Of a stretch of 64,000 nt of DNA, positions 1-11,196 are shown in pieces. The notes under the pieces were generated by a model. It was given only the letters and a program-made list of their open reading frames with translations, made no database searches and had not been told where the DNA came from. The first letter of the stretch is position 1. Every line of letters begins with the position of its first letter. The position numbers and the translations under genes are program-made. Source of the DNA: Phoronis australis (taxonomy: Eukaryota; Animalia; Phoronida); NCBI GenBank assembly GCA_002633005.1, contig NMRA01000177.1:198931-262930 (forward strand). Reading direction: 5' to 3'.

Positions 1-656
1 CGGGAAATTCCCCAAACTAGCGATCAACTTAAAGGCACTGAAGCAGAATGTATCACAGACCACGAGGGTTTCAGGACAGTATGCTTGGACCGATGGGTAC
101 TGGACACAGCCTTCTGGGGTTACCGCCAACAATATGGTCAACTTCCACACACCACCCAGCATGAGTAAGAGTACAGCTAAATTCAGTTTTAGTAACTTAG
201 TAGACTGTCGTGAACAGGGCGTTGGGACCCGTGTTGGCGCATTTCATTTTAATTGACACTGTTCTTTTTTGTTAGATCATTTACAAATAATCAAGTTCTC
301 AGGGGCGTGATCATTCCCGAGAGTATCACATAAGCCATGGCAGGTTAAAGCGCAAAATGGGCTTAACGAACCACTTACCAGTAATATCCTTATTATGTAG
401 GTCACTTGTTATGTCCCTTTATTAAAAAAGTCTCTCTAAACTCATTATCATAAAATTCTTCTTACCTCCAGTAAATACAAATTTCTCTAATTTCAGGAAA
501 TATCGATACATAGCCTACCGCCAGCTCGTCAGATGGTGCTGGCATTTCCTTGGACAAAAGAACAGGGTTGTCCTTCCGGCCTGTTCGGTCAAGAAAATAC
601 GAGCAACATTCAACAGTCAGACTTACAAAGGATTTCAATTACCGGACATGAACTAG
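1..656 (+). CDS. KolX-like accessory protein of a Kolobok transposon (P2X7 ballast-domain-like); 3' part only, runs off the left edge
   Basis: Exons <1-164 (donor GA|gtaaga) and 497-656 (tttcag|G) splice in frame to ...ECITDHEGFRTVCLDRWVLDTAFWGYRQQYG...EKYRYIAYRQLVRWCWHFLGQKNRVVLPACSVKKIRATFNSQTYKGFQLPDMN*. The CITxHxGF / RYxAYR..W / LPxC..IR..F..YxGF pattern is that of KolX and the P2X7 C-terminus. AATAAA at about 694. Confidence 0.85.
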
Positions 657-1265
657 CAGTAGAATTAGCTTATATTGACATTTTAAAAGACAAAATAAAA
701 CGTTCTTCAACCTTCACCATTTTTTATTTGTTTCCTTAATCAAGGCTTTTTAAGAACTGTCCCTGCTCTTAAATACATTTGTTTCTTTACTAGCGGCATA
801 CTGATCAGTTTAGCTATGAAATTAAATGAATCCCTATACTGGCGTAAGTTCCATTATATCACTCAAATGAAAGGCTAGAGATTCGCCAGTAAGCTTGCGT
901 CTATGCATTGACAAAATGACCAGTTTGTTAAAAAAACATAACTTTCAAAAGGAATGCTTACTTGCAAAACATGCCTCAAGGTTACTGAACTTATTCTTAC
1001 GTTCTTTTTCATTGACTATAGCAATCCATTTCAAATACCACCATTTCATGACCATACTATTAAACATCAATAAATTGGGTTACATCCTTAGCAACATTCT
1101 TAATCAGCAAATATCCATGACAGACACCAGTGTCATTTGTTCACCGCTCGTAACACTAATCTTGAATAGTTTACATGTCTTATACAGTGTCTAATGAACA
1201 GAAACTAGTCTTCACAACAATCCAATCATATATACAACACTTGCATCAGGGGGGCCTTGCAATCT

Positions 1266-4200
1266 CTACTGGTAACGGGACATGAATGCATCAAGTGCGG
1301 CCCTCTTATCAACAGGACCGAACTGGCTAGACAACGTTGGAGGTTTGGCACGCAACGGTTCTCTCTCATTTGCAGGACGGCTTAGATTTTGGACTAGCTC
1401 CTGTGTTAGTTACGCTGCATAATCTGAAAATGACAACAAAAATCAAGCGGGACAGGAGAAAAAAAATTAAGTACGACTGTTTTTGCCGGAAACCTGGGAC
1501 ACATTTTATCCAGCACGAAAGATGACAGGAAAGTGATTGTGAATATGACTCGTGTTTTTTTCAATAAAACTTTTTGGAACAACTGAAAATTTTTCAGTAT
1601 ATTGCCCTTTAGAAAAAGCATGTTAGTATGGGTTTACCAGCTGTTCATTCTACGCCTCAAGAATGGTCTCATGCCACAGTAGTCAGTGCTTCCTAGACAA
1701 AAAATCAGACTTGTTTGATTTAACATGCTGCTTCTTAGTAGTGTCCAAGTACACCATTTATTTAATCAAGATTAGCTGTTCTTCTTAGGCTCTCACATTC
1801 ACGATTCATAAAGTTATGTTCTACACTTACTGAAAGTCGCACTGGTACGACTTTTGGAAACTGTACAGTGACCGTGTCTGTACTTTTTAAAACGATAGTC
1901 ATAGCAGAGCTGTCCATCCGTAGTAGTAGCCTGGTTACGGTTAGAGTTTTCATTGTGATGCATTGCAGCCAGCAGAATTCTGAAAGAGCACAATGAAATG
2001 CATCGGATCACATTACTTTGAATGAAGAACTTTACAATGCAACTTTTACCTCATTAGAACTTCCATAAAGACCTTAACTTTGTTGTCACCAGGCAAAGTT
2101 TGCAAACGTTACGTAATATTTGGACAAGACAGTTTTTTTGTTACATGCTCCCCCACACTGCAAACTGCAACAATGTACAACATAATCCTGTGCCCACTGC
2201 TAACAACCACATACATGCTGGCTGTACTAGATATTTAATTGTAGACCATGATGAAAAATCAATACACAATTGCTCCACAACTTTGTTGCTGGTGAAAACA
2301 TGTCTGTTATCCTACAAAAGCCGAAATTATACCTGCTTTCCATGCCATGGAAGTCAAAACTGAACATTTTTGGGGCGAAGTGGTTCACCAAACTATGATA
2401 ACCCTCCACAGACGAAGTCTGTCCTCCAGGGGCTAATTTGGGCACATCCTTAGTCATCTGCCTTCCCTCCACAATATTACAAAATTCTTCATAAGCTTCC
2501 GACCCTGTAACAAGGAAGAATACATAACTGTATCACAATGTAACTTTTTGAACAGACCAGCGTGCATTTTTTCACAATGCTAAACTATCCATCCCTAAGT
2601 AAAAACGTATCTTGTCATTTTGCAAAGATTCTAAACTAAATCAAATATTTTCAGCAAAATTTACTATCCTCCATAAGCTGATCCGTTTTCATTCGAGACA
2701 ATCTAGGTCATAATCCTGAGCAACACCCAATCACCAGAGATGACAGTAAAATCTGAATTCATTTTGATCATTCTAATTTGGCTGCATATATTCAAAGGAA
2801 AAACATCCTAATTCCCAAAACATAACCCAAGGTCAAAAAATTGTCAACCAAGTTTTCATGAATACCTTGAAAGCCCATCTTGAAATATAACACCTTTAGA
2901 TTTGGTTCGTACAATATGTTAAGAGTATATAGCTCTCAGCCAACTTGTGCTATAAATTGGCAAATGTAACGAATTGTTAGGCATACAGGCTTGCTTTTGT
3001 CTACGTCACCGTGAGAATCACCTTTTAATTGAAACAGCAGCGAATAACACCCGCACGCAATTGGCATTCTATCCAGACCCCTATTCAGTACAATTGTTAT
3101 CGGCCTTTTGTTGTTTGAGTAGGGATCTAACAGTGATGCAACATGACACCATAATGCAGCTTCACTTATCATTTGACAAGCTTACATTTGTGTGATTGAA
3201 CTCCCATTTTCTTATTTTACTAAGGCTTTGCTAGGACTATCTTGTTAGTCCAATACATCTAAAATAACAAAATTCTGTTGAAGTTAGGCTTTAACTTCAA
3301 TTTCAAAATGTTGTTAAAAAATTTACACGTTCCTCTAGAGATTCCCACAATTTCATTGTTTAGCTTTTAAATGCAAGTACGTACCAGGTTGAAACCAAGG
3401 TTTGCGATTGACATATTCATTGATTGACGGATGCAGACACCGGTCAAAATGCTGGCCATGGCCATCGTGAAGATTTGCCACATGGCGTGCAATACTTCTC
3501 CACTTTGCCAGACAAACATCTGCATTCCCCTCGCTAGACATGGTTGACCAGTACAGATGGTTTCCAACACTTCTAGTCCACCTCCCTATCAAAGCAAACG
3601 CAGCCTTCTTAGCAAGGGCATTCAGTTTCTTGACAAGACCTAAAAAGAAAAGGTCATCTGATTAAATACAGACATCAGACAAACTATTCTTGACTGAACC
3701 AATGAACCACAATCACGTATCAAAGTAAAATTAACCTTCCTTTTCACTGCATTTCAATACGTGTTATGAATAAATATAAAGACACCCCAATTAAGTTACA
3801 ATACTGCTAAATGAAACATTCCAGTATACTTTGCAATAATATGCACTTCCCCTACAAGATTACCTTTGGCAACATGCCAGATGTCAAAGTAGTGACGAAC
3901 AGTTGGCCAGTTTTCTGTTATCCACTTGGTAACCTGAACGTGCCGATCAGTGACAAGTGAGTGGACAGTCGCACCGCGGGCATCAAGCGTAGTCTTCACT
4001 CGTTTAAGGCCCTCTAATTCCATATTGAATGAGGTACGTACTTCATTGGACTGGAAAGATATGGGTAGCCTATTTGTACTATACAAAAGAAATAATCCTC
4101 TGCAGAACATGAATTTTAGGCAGGACTGAGAAGGAATTTTTCATAATTGGAAGTGACCAAATTGATTCATTAAAATGCCAAAAGTGAGTGTTGAGTCTAT

Positions 4201-7200
4201 TGATAAGTTCATTTTAAGATTTTCTGTGTTGTTTATTCACATCAATTCACATGCCAGTCTTTTTGAAGTTCAGTCACGAGAGGACTAACATATTCACCCT
4301 AATAAGCGCCCACACACACAATACGCAGCCGAACTTCTAAAAAAAATATCATGTGACAACATGTGTGTTTGTCCCGAGATTTTTCTCATGTTGCGCAGTA
4401 CGATCTAGCGCAGATTTGGACTTAATATGCTGTTAATCCCGACTCCACAGGAGCTTAAAAATCTTCGGGACGCTATTTTGAAAAGTTAGGACTTCAGGTA
4501 ATTTGTTGAATCAAAACTATATTTTTACTCAAGAGTTCAAGTTGACCCATCGGCGATCGCGAGGCAGCGACGCATCAGTTGGCTAGTTTTCGCACTGGGA
4601 TTTTCTGAAAAATGCTTGTAATTTAACAGAAGTTTGATAGCAATGCACTGCAATTTTGTAGAAACTCTGTCATAGGTTACAGATGAGTCACAGAGCCTTA
4701 ATTTGATGAAATCTAGCTTACGATTTTACTCGTTTCGTAGACTAGGTTTCAGCCGCTTTTGGGCTATAATAAGCGCCCCCTTCCTGAAACAAACTTTTCT
4801 GAGCGCCTTTTGCGCTTATTAAGGCAAAATTGTACTAGATTTCATACTTACCTGGACTAACTGGACGTCAACAACTTTGTTACGAGATACATCTATCACT
4901 GTGTAGCTTCCGAATTTGGCCGAGTGACCCATGGAATCGCACCTGGCATCCCCAGCCAGGTCAATTGGTGTATCTTGCACTGAAGCGAAGTATTCGTCCT
5001 GCTGCTGTCGGAACATCTTCCGAATCACTTGGTGAAGATAGTTTCTCTGGTGATTAAAATAGGTGGCACTACTGTAAACCTGAACCCCCATAAATTTCAG
5101 CAACCTCAGGGACTTGGTTGGCAGGTTTCCGGAAAAGAGGTAACAGCTGACAACAATATATTTCCCGCATACGTTTCACCAATGAGCGGCTGGCTGGCCC
5201 AGTGGCTTGTTCCACCACACAACTCGCAATATTGTGAGATGCACACCATCGTGCCCACAACATGGCTGACGATTCCTTGGGCACCATCACTTCTGCACAT
5301 CATACATATGGTGAATAACTTAAGAAGACAGGATTCAAATATTATAAACTTGCGTTCCTGGGATGGTGATTTACTGAAAGCAAAAAAATGGCAACGTATA
5401 AATGTCAATTTCAACGAAATCTGCTTAGATGGATTTTGTCTACTCAAGACATTTTAAGTTTATTACAGTAACAATGTCATTTTCATATTGTACTGTGAAT
5501 TACCACAACAGTTGAGGAAATTACATCAGATACTCGAGGGTACACAGAAAAGTATTCTGCAAATTTAAATAAGACAATTACAACATGTTGCAAAAACAAT
5601 TTGTAGAAAATGGCAATATTTTTGGCAATTCATGCTAATTTGGGGACACTGGTATATTATTTCTGGTAAATCAAATATTGGTGATAGCATGCACCAAAAG
5701 ATGTATGGATCACTGTTTGATTATAATAGTATATACCTGGGATGAACGGTCTCCTCATCAGACATCTCATCATCACTAGACTCTTCCTCAGGTTCATAGT
5801 CTGGGTCCATTGGGTTGTCCGCATCTATGTCCTCGTCTTTCTCAGGGTCATCTTCAGGTTCAGGACAAAAGGAGATGGATTGCTCTTCCTCATCTCTGTC
5901 GTCGTCCAACATTTTCACATGCCAAGGAGTTTGACATCCAACAGATTTTGTTACAACTCCATACTGCAAGCCTTAAATGCAAACAATGTAAAATATCCAA
6001 TTCCGTCAAGCAACTGAGAAGATTCCGAATTTTTTCTTCGAAAATTTAAAGGTAAATGCAACCATTGGTTGGAGTTATACTTAATGAAAATGAAAAACAT
6101 GGAAATGTTAGAGTGACATCTCTCATTCCCTTGTCCCAGGCAACAACAAAAAAGTGATGAACAGTACAACACAAGTTCAGCATGTAGCAGAAAATCAGAT
6201 TATGTTTCTTTTTAAATACAGTAACATGGAAAATTTGCTTTTCAAATAAAATTCTGAAACTGCTAAATTTCTGCTCCGTGTATTTGCTGGTTTTTAAACT
6301 AATGATTACTTATCTTTATAAAAATCACAAACACAAGTTAACTGAAATTTATATCAACAATGGCTTACCAACTGTTTTGGTCTTGAGCTTGACTTGTATC
6401 CCTTTTACATACTTCCTTGTCACTGGAATTTGTGTTGAAATGCCTGGAGTCTCCACAGGCAATGTTGGCCCAGCCTCTGAGGATGTTGTCGTTGACTCCA
6501 CACTCAAATGAGGTTCCAGTACAGCCTCGCTGGAAGCCTCAAAATCACTTGGACAACCAAATTCTTTATCAGCTTCTTTCAGAAGCTGAAAATGAAAAAG
6601 TGTTCATCATTGTCAGCAACAGTCAGATAGGAAGATGAGATTGGGCTACTGACACTGCTAGACCCTTGAGTTGGGTCTCTAGCTCCTCAGCTTAATAATT
6701 TCATCTATATACCAATAAAGCAATAAAGCATAACAATGGTTACAGGTGAACAGTGGAATGGGTCCACCCGAGCAAGTCTGAAACATGTAGCAGACCGTAA
6801 AAGACAGCAGTTCAATATTGCTGGATACTATGCCCAGCAAGTTGTAGAGACTCAGCAAGTCGCCTATGCATTGGACATGGTTTATACAGTATGAAAGTAT
6901 AAGTCCTTCCCAAGGTCTGAAATAACTTATAACAGAGAATGGAGCAACTAGATAACTATGTTTACAACTGTGTCTACAATAAAAAGTTACGTGAGAGCAG
7001 ATGACGGCTTAATGGCACCTAATTAGTCTCATGTCGGTAAATAGCACTTCTATTTTCAGTAGCTCATTAATATTAAAAGATCAATCACATCGAAAAAACC
7101 CGAGTTAAAGAAACCTGAGTCAGCAATGTTGTCAAAGTTTTATCATTTCGCACTTACTGCAAGTCTATGCCTCTTGAGTGCAGCTGAGCTTTCAGCTCTC

Positions 7201-8259
7201 GTACGTTTTGGCACATTGTGAAGGGACTGCCGGATTGACGGTACAGAATCCTGTTTGAGTCTCACAATTCTGAAAAGAACACAGCTACTTAATTTCAGCA
7301 TTGGTGTGCCCTATGCAGGCCACAACTAGTAGACCACATATGCTGTCACGGTGCAGGTTTCGTCTAGGACATCGAATGGTAGGGTTTTACTCGTAGCAGT
7401 AGTTTTTCAAGTTCAAAATATGCAATTTACAAGGCACAATTTTGTATGCATGTTTGTAATCCTGTCTTGTGACTCTGTGAACACTAGATCTGTCAGCCAC
7501 TAAACAGCCGTCAGCCAGTAAAGGTACAGTTAGCCACGATAACAGCAGTTACCAGTAAGCCACAAAGTACAAGTGGTACTGACTGACGTAAGTTCTAATT
7601 TGAAGTACAATTTCTCTTAACTTGGGCAAGAGCTGCCACTCAGTTCAGTCTAACCTAACGCTAGGCCTATACGTGATCGCATGTCCGCCATCTTGAATAT
7701 TTCGAGGGACAAGAAATAAACAAAGTTTAAGAAGGACGAAACATCTCATCAAAAGACATTTGAAATCAAATAAGAATCTCAGAAATAACCCCAGATGCGC
7801 ATAAACGTGCGTAAGTATACAATTGTTAACGATGACTAGAAACCAAAACGATTACAATCGCTTTTTAGACCATTCCATTTTCATTCACGGTGTTCACGAC
7901 GCAATGATGATTACGCCGTATTCCAGAGCGGTTAACACACAAACAATCATACAACCTAGGTTAAAAAACTACAAAAATGATTTCACCTATCTATCTTTTA
8001 GTGGAACTTACTTTGGCTTGAAGTTAGGGAAATACTTCAATTTAACCGAGTCCGTGTCGTCGTAGCATGATGGATGAAAATGCTGGCTGCACACCTTCGA
8101 GTGCTTTGAGTGTCCAGCCCAGTCTTTTCGTGTTGTCGACACAAATTTGTCCCAAGCACAGCTCAGACTGGGGTCACTGGGGAATCCGTGCAGATGAACT
8201 CCTTCACTGCTGGAATTGCTGCAGCCGAAAACCACACAGCGATTTCTGAGGCGGGACAT
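1266..8259 (-). pseudogene. Kolobok-type THAP-DDE transposase, 10 exons, disrupted by one frameshift and one premature stop
   Basis: Exons 8259-8012, 7269-7158, 6585-6369, 5971-5737, 5373-4852, 4050-3864, 3639-3385, 2504-2333, 1979-1831, 1423-1266, all GT-AG and phase-compatible. THAP finger (CVVFGC...FP...W...VCSQHF, LKQDSVPSI), CxxC..CxxC region, catalytic-type motifs GDARCDSMGHSAKFGSY, LVTDRH, FDIWHVAK, TSSVEGYHS, LAAMHHNEN. 1-nt deletion near 5140 and in-frame TAA at 1412-1410. Confidence 0.85.
4290..4832. mobile_element. Probable MITE inside a transposase intron
   Basis: Subterminal inverted motif TAATAAGCGC (about 4300) / GCGCTTATTA (about 4812), with an internal copy near 4767. Termini are degenerate. 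Confidence 0.4.
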
Positions 8260-8719
8260 TCTCTCAGCGTTCACAGCTTACACACCGGCTATCAGCTGTT
8301 CACGTTGTGTTTGTTTACACGCTATTTCTCAAAGATGACGTCATATAGACCAGTCTACTGTGATTCGTCGAGAGATCAAAAGGGGTTTCCGATGGGGGCA
8401 CATAATATGGGGTGCATGAAATGCGTAGTAATTAATTAGTGCTGGAGTGGAATAAAATGAAACAAACATTTCTTAGACAAAAGTACATATATTTAACATG
8501 TCTAAAGGGTAATTGACTCATTTTTGGGGGACTTTAACTTGTTTGGGTCTCCGGTTTTCAAAGTATTTTCACTCAAAAGTTATCGCCAGCTCCCGGCTAT
8601 AGCTATCAGAGGATAACTTACCCACGAGGGCCACCAAAACAACTTATATTAAAGTAGGTGGCTCAACTAGCAGCCAACTTGTACTTTCGTTTTCCGTTTC
8701 ACTTTCAGTGTCTGGCGTG

Positions 8720-8848
8720 CGTTCAGTAGACGCTAGGACCTAGCTAAAACCTAATCAAAGTCACGTGTTCTCATTTAAAATGCACGGCAATATCTCACTT
8801 AATCTCGCGAAGTCTTGCTTTTTAGCGAGGTCCTAGCGTAACTGAACG
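8720..8848. repeat. About 130-bp hairpin or mini-MITE
   Basis: CGTTCAGTAGACGCTAGGACCTAGCTAAAA at 8720 is nearly the reverse complement of TTTTAGCGAGGTCCTAGCGTAACTGAACG ending at 8848. Confidence 0.65.
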
Positions 8849-8853
8849 GGAGG

Positions 8854-9783
8854 TAGGCAATGACCATCGCCTCTGTTGGCCCGAACCAGAGGCGATGCAG
8901 AGGCTATAGGCGCTCTGTACGCCGGAAGCTTTTCGGCGAATTATGCCTCGCACCGACTAAACCATCAAAGTCATGCTGTTATAAATACCTTTTGCGCATA
9001 GAGGAACACCTTAGGAGGTTGTCGATGTGTTTAATTCCTTCCAACTCGAACAAATACTCCCGTTATGAAACTTTTTCTTCGAGCAGTCCCTATTTCAGTT
9101 CCCAAAATCGTGAAATCAAACTTTTCATTTTTTTTAACCAGGCCGAAGGTCAGAAGTTGCGATCCTACCGGCGAACTTTGAAAGCTGAAGTTCCCGCCGT
9201 TTGCGTACGTGCTGCCGGGAACCAGTCGTGCATTTGCCGTGTTGTTAAACATTAAAATGTCAAATATGTGCACAAAGACTATTAAATGTCATATCAACAA
9301 CATTTATTTTTATCAAATACAAACAATAATTCATTGAAATACAAACAGTTTCAAGTAACGCCAATTAAAGACAAGTATAAGAGGTGGCATTTTGGAAACG
9401 AACATTTGACTGACAAGACCGCAATGGCTCACCTTTGGCCTATTTAAAAATTGAGGTGATGAAGTCACATCACCTAGCGAGCGCGGTAAAAATTGGAGCG
9501 TGCGCAGTACAAAAATTTTGATTTCACTATTTTGGGAACTGAAATAGGGACTGCTCGAAGAAAAAGTTTGATAACGGGAGTATTTGTTCGATTTGGAAGG
9601 AATTAAACACATCGACAACCTCCTAAGGTGTTCCTCTATGCGCAAAAGGTATTTATAACAACGTGACTTTGATGGTTTAGTCGGTGCGAGGCATAATTCG
9701 CCGAAAAGCTTCCGGCGTACAGAGCGCCTATAGCCTCTGCATCGCCTCTGGTTCGGGCCGTCAGAGGCGATGGTCATTGCCTA
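8854..9783. mobile_element. Non-autonomous long-TIR DNA transposon (Mutator/MULE or Foldback-like)
   Basis: About 267-bp near-identical TIRs (8854-~9120 and ~9517-9783) starting TAGGCAATGACC. Perfect 9-bp TSD AACGGGAGG at 8845-8853 and 9784-9792. Confidence 0.9.
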
Positions 9784-11196
9784 AACGGGAGGCTGGTTTC
9801 GACTTAGAAATCGCTGTCGAATGAAGAAGTTTTTAGTGTTTTCAGCACTAACTGAATCTAAAATAATCAAAACGTGCTTCATTGCAGAATTATCGTTTTA
9901 TATACCTGGTGAAAGAAACACTTCAACATTTTGTTCTGCGTCCCTTCATCTTCTACAATCACGTTGAGTTGTTTTTGTGCGTTCGCTGTACTCTCAAAAG
10001 CAACTTAAAATATTTTTTATGAATAGTTTAAAAATTACATCTAATAGAGTAGAATTTTTTTATTTTTTGAAAATTTCGGACACCATTTTGTTATCAATTG
10101 ATTCTTTAAAATTTCGTGTTACCCTGATATTTCTGTTTGATAGAGTATTAGTCATGTGACCAGACAAGATGTCTGCGCCCATATTGTCACAAGCACTCTC
10201 AGACATAAGCCGCTCGATTGAGGTTTCCTTTCTGCGTTTTGGTAATTGTCTCGAAATTTGTCCTCTCGTGGGTTAGTCATCAGTCACCTTTCAAGAAGCC
10301 AAATTCTCGACCATCATCTCTTTTGAATTGGTTGATCATTTTTTCAAATATTTGAAGTTAAAAAAACGAAGACGAAGTCTAAGACTGACGGTGAACCAGG
10401 TGAGAGTCAAGTCGGGCAAGCCTTCAGCATGTTCAAACATAGTTGCATGAGTTGATCGATATCACCAGAGTTCAATAAATTGAAAAGACCAAAGTTAATT
10501 ATGTTTGCTGGTGCATCTGTAACCTACTAGTTTAGCAGCATCTAGACGTCTGCATTTTCCGTTCCGCATACCAGGCATACATCGCTGTGTGTACTTTCAG
10601 TATCTATAATGTTGTAAAATCACAGTCAGACGTGTAATACAGCCAGCACTTTCACTCATAGTCACCAGAACATTAATAAAGTGTCAAGAACCAACTGCAC
10701 GTAGGGTGAGTGAGTCTGAAAAAATATGTAAGTTCAAAAATCTCAATCATGAATAACAATTATTTTGCAACAAAAGTGAGTACATACCTATAATGAGAAG
10801 TGAAAATTTTGACAAATTAAGTATTTGAAAATATTTTACTTATCTAACAACCCATCTCAGAGAAATGAGGGTTGGGCAAGGATAAACAACATTTTCAGAA
10901 AATGAAGATACAGTAAAATCTCAAAATTTCGCACACCAATAATTTCCAAAATAGCACCTAGTTTTTTCAATTTTCGCGGACATCTTACATTGTTGTAAAT
11001 ACCTACAAATTTTCAAAAATATCTTTTGGTAGCTACAGCACAGAAATTGGATATACCAAAGCATCATTTTAGTACTGTATATCATGTATTAAAATTATAA
11101 TGTCTTTGTGATCAAAGTAGTGTGTCTTAAATTGGTGAAATTTTACCGTTATGTTTAAGGACAGTCTAATCATTTGTAATTATCTTACAGGTCACA

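Larger units (their letters stand above)
1..8533 (-). mobile_element. Kolobok-superfamily DNA transposon (other terminus lies left of the window)
   Basis: Convergent transposase and KolX genes are the Kolobok layout. About 270 bp upstream of the transposase ATG the sequence reads ...GGGGGACT|TTAA (TTAA 8534-8537), matching RR..YY termini with a TTAA target. The partner TIR cannot be checked here. Confidence 0.75.

Noticed and set aside
1-656. A true P2X7 purinoceptor gene
   Set aside because: Only the ballast-like part is visible, and its position facing a Kolobok transposase fits KolX better.
533-739. 68-aa ORF in the supplied track
   Set aside because: Wrong frame; the coding frame here is the KolX exon 497-656.
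8012-8259. Stand-alone host THAP transcription factor or P-element
   Set aside because: It splices in frame into a DDE core with Kolobok-type motifs and sits next to a TTAA end.
8860-9777. Two near-identical ORFs (131 and 148 aa) on opposite strands
   Set aside because: They are translations of the two TIR arms of the 930-bp element, with no protein motif.
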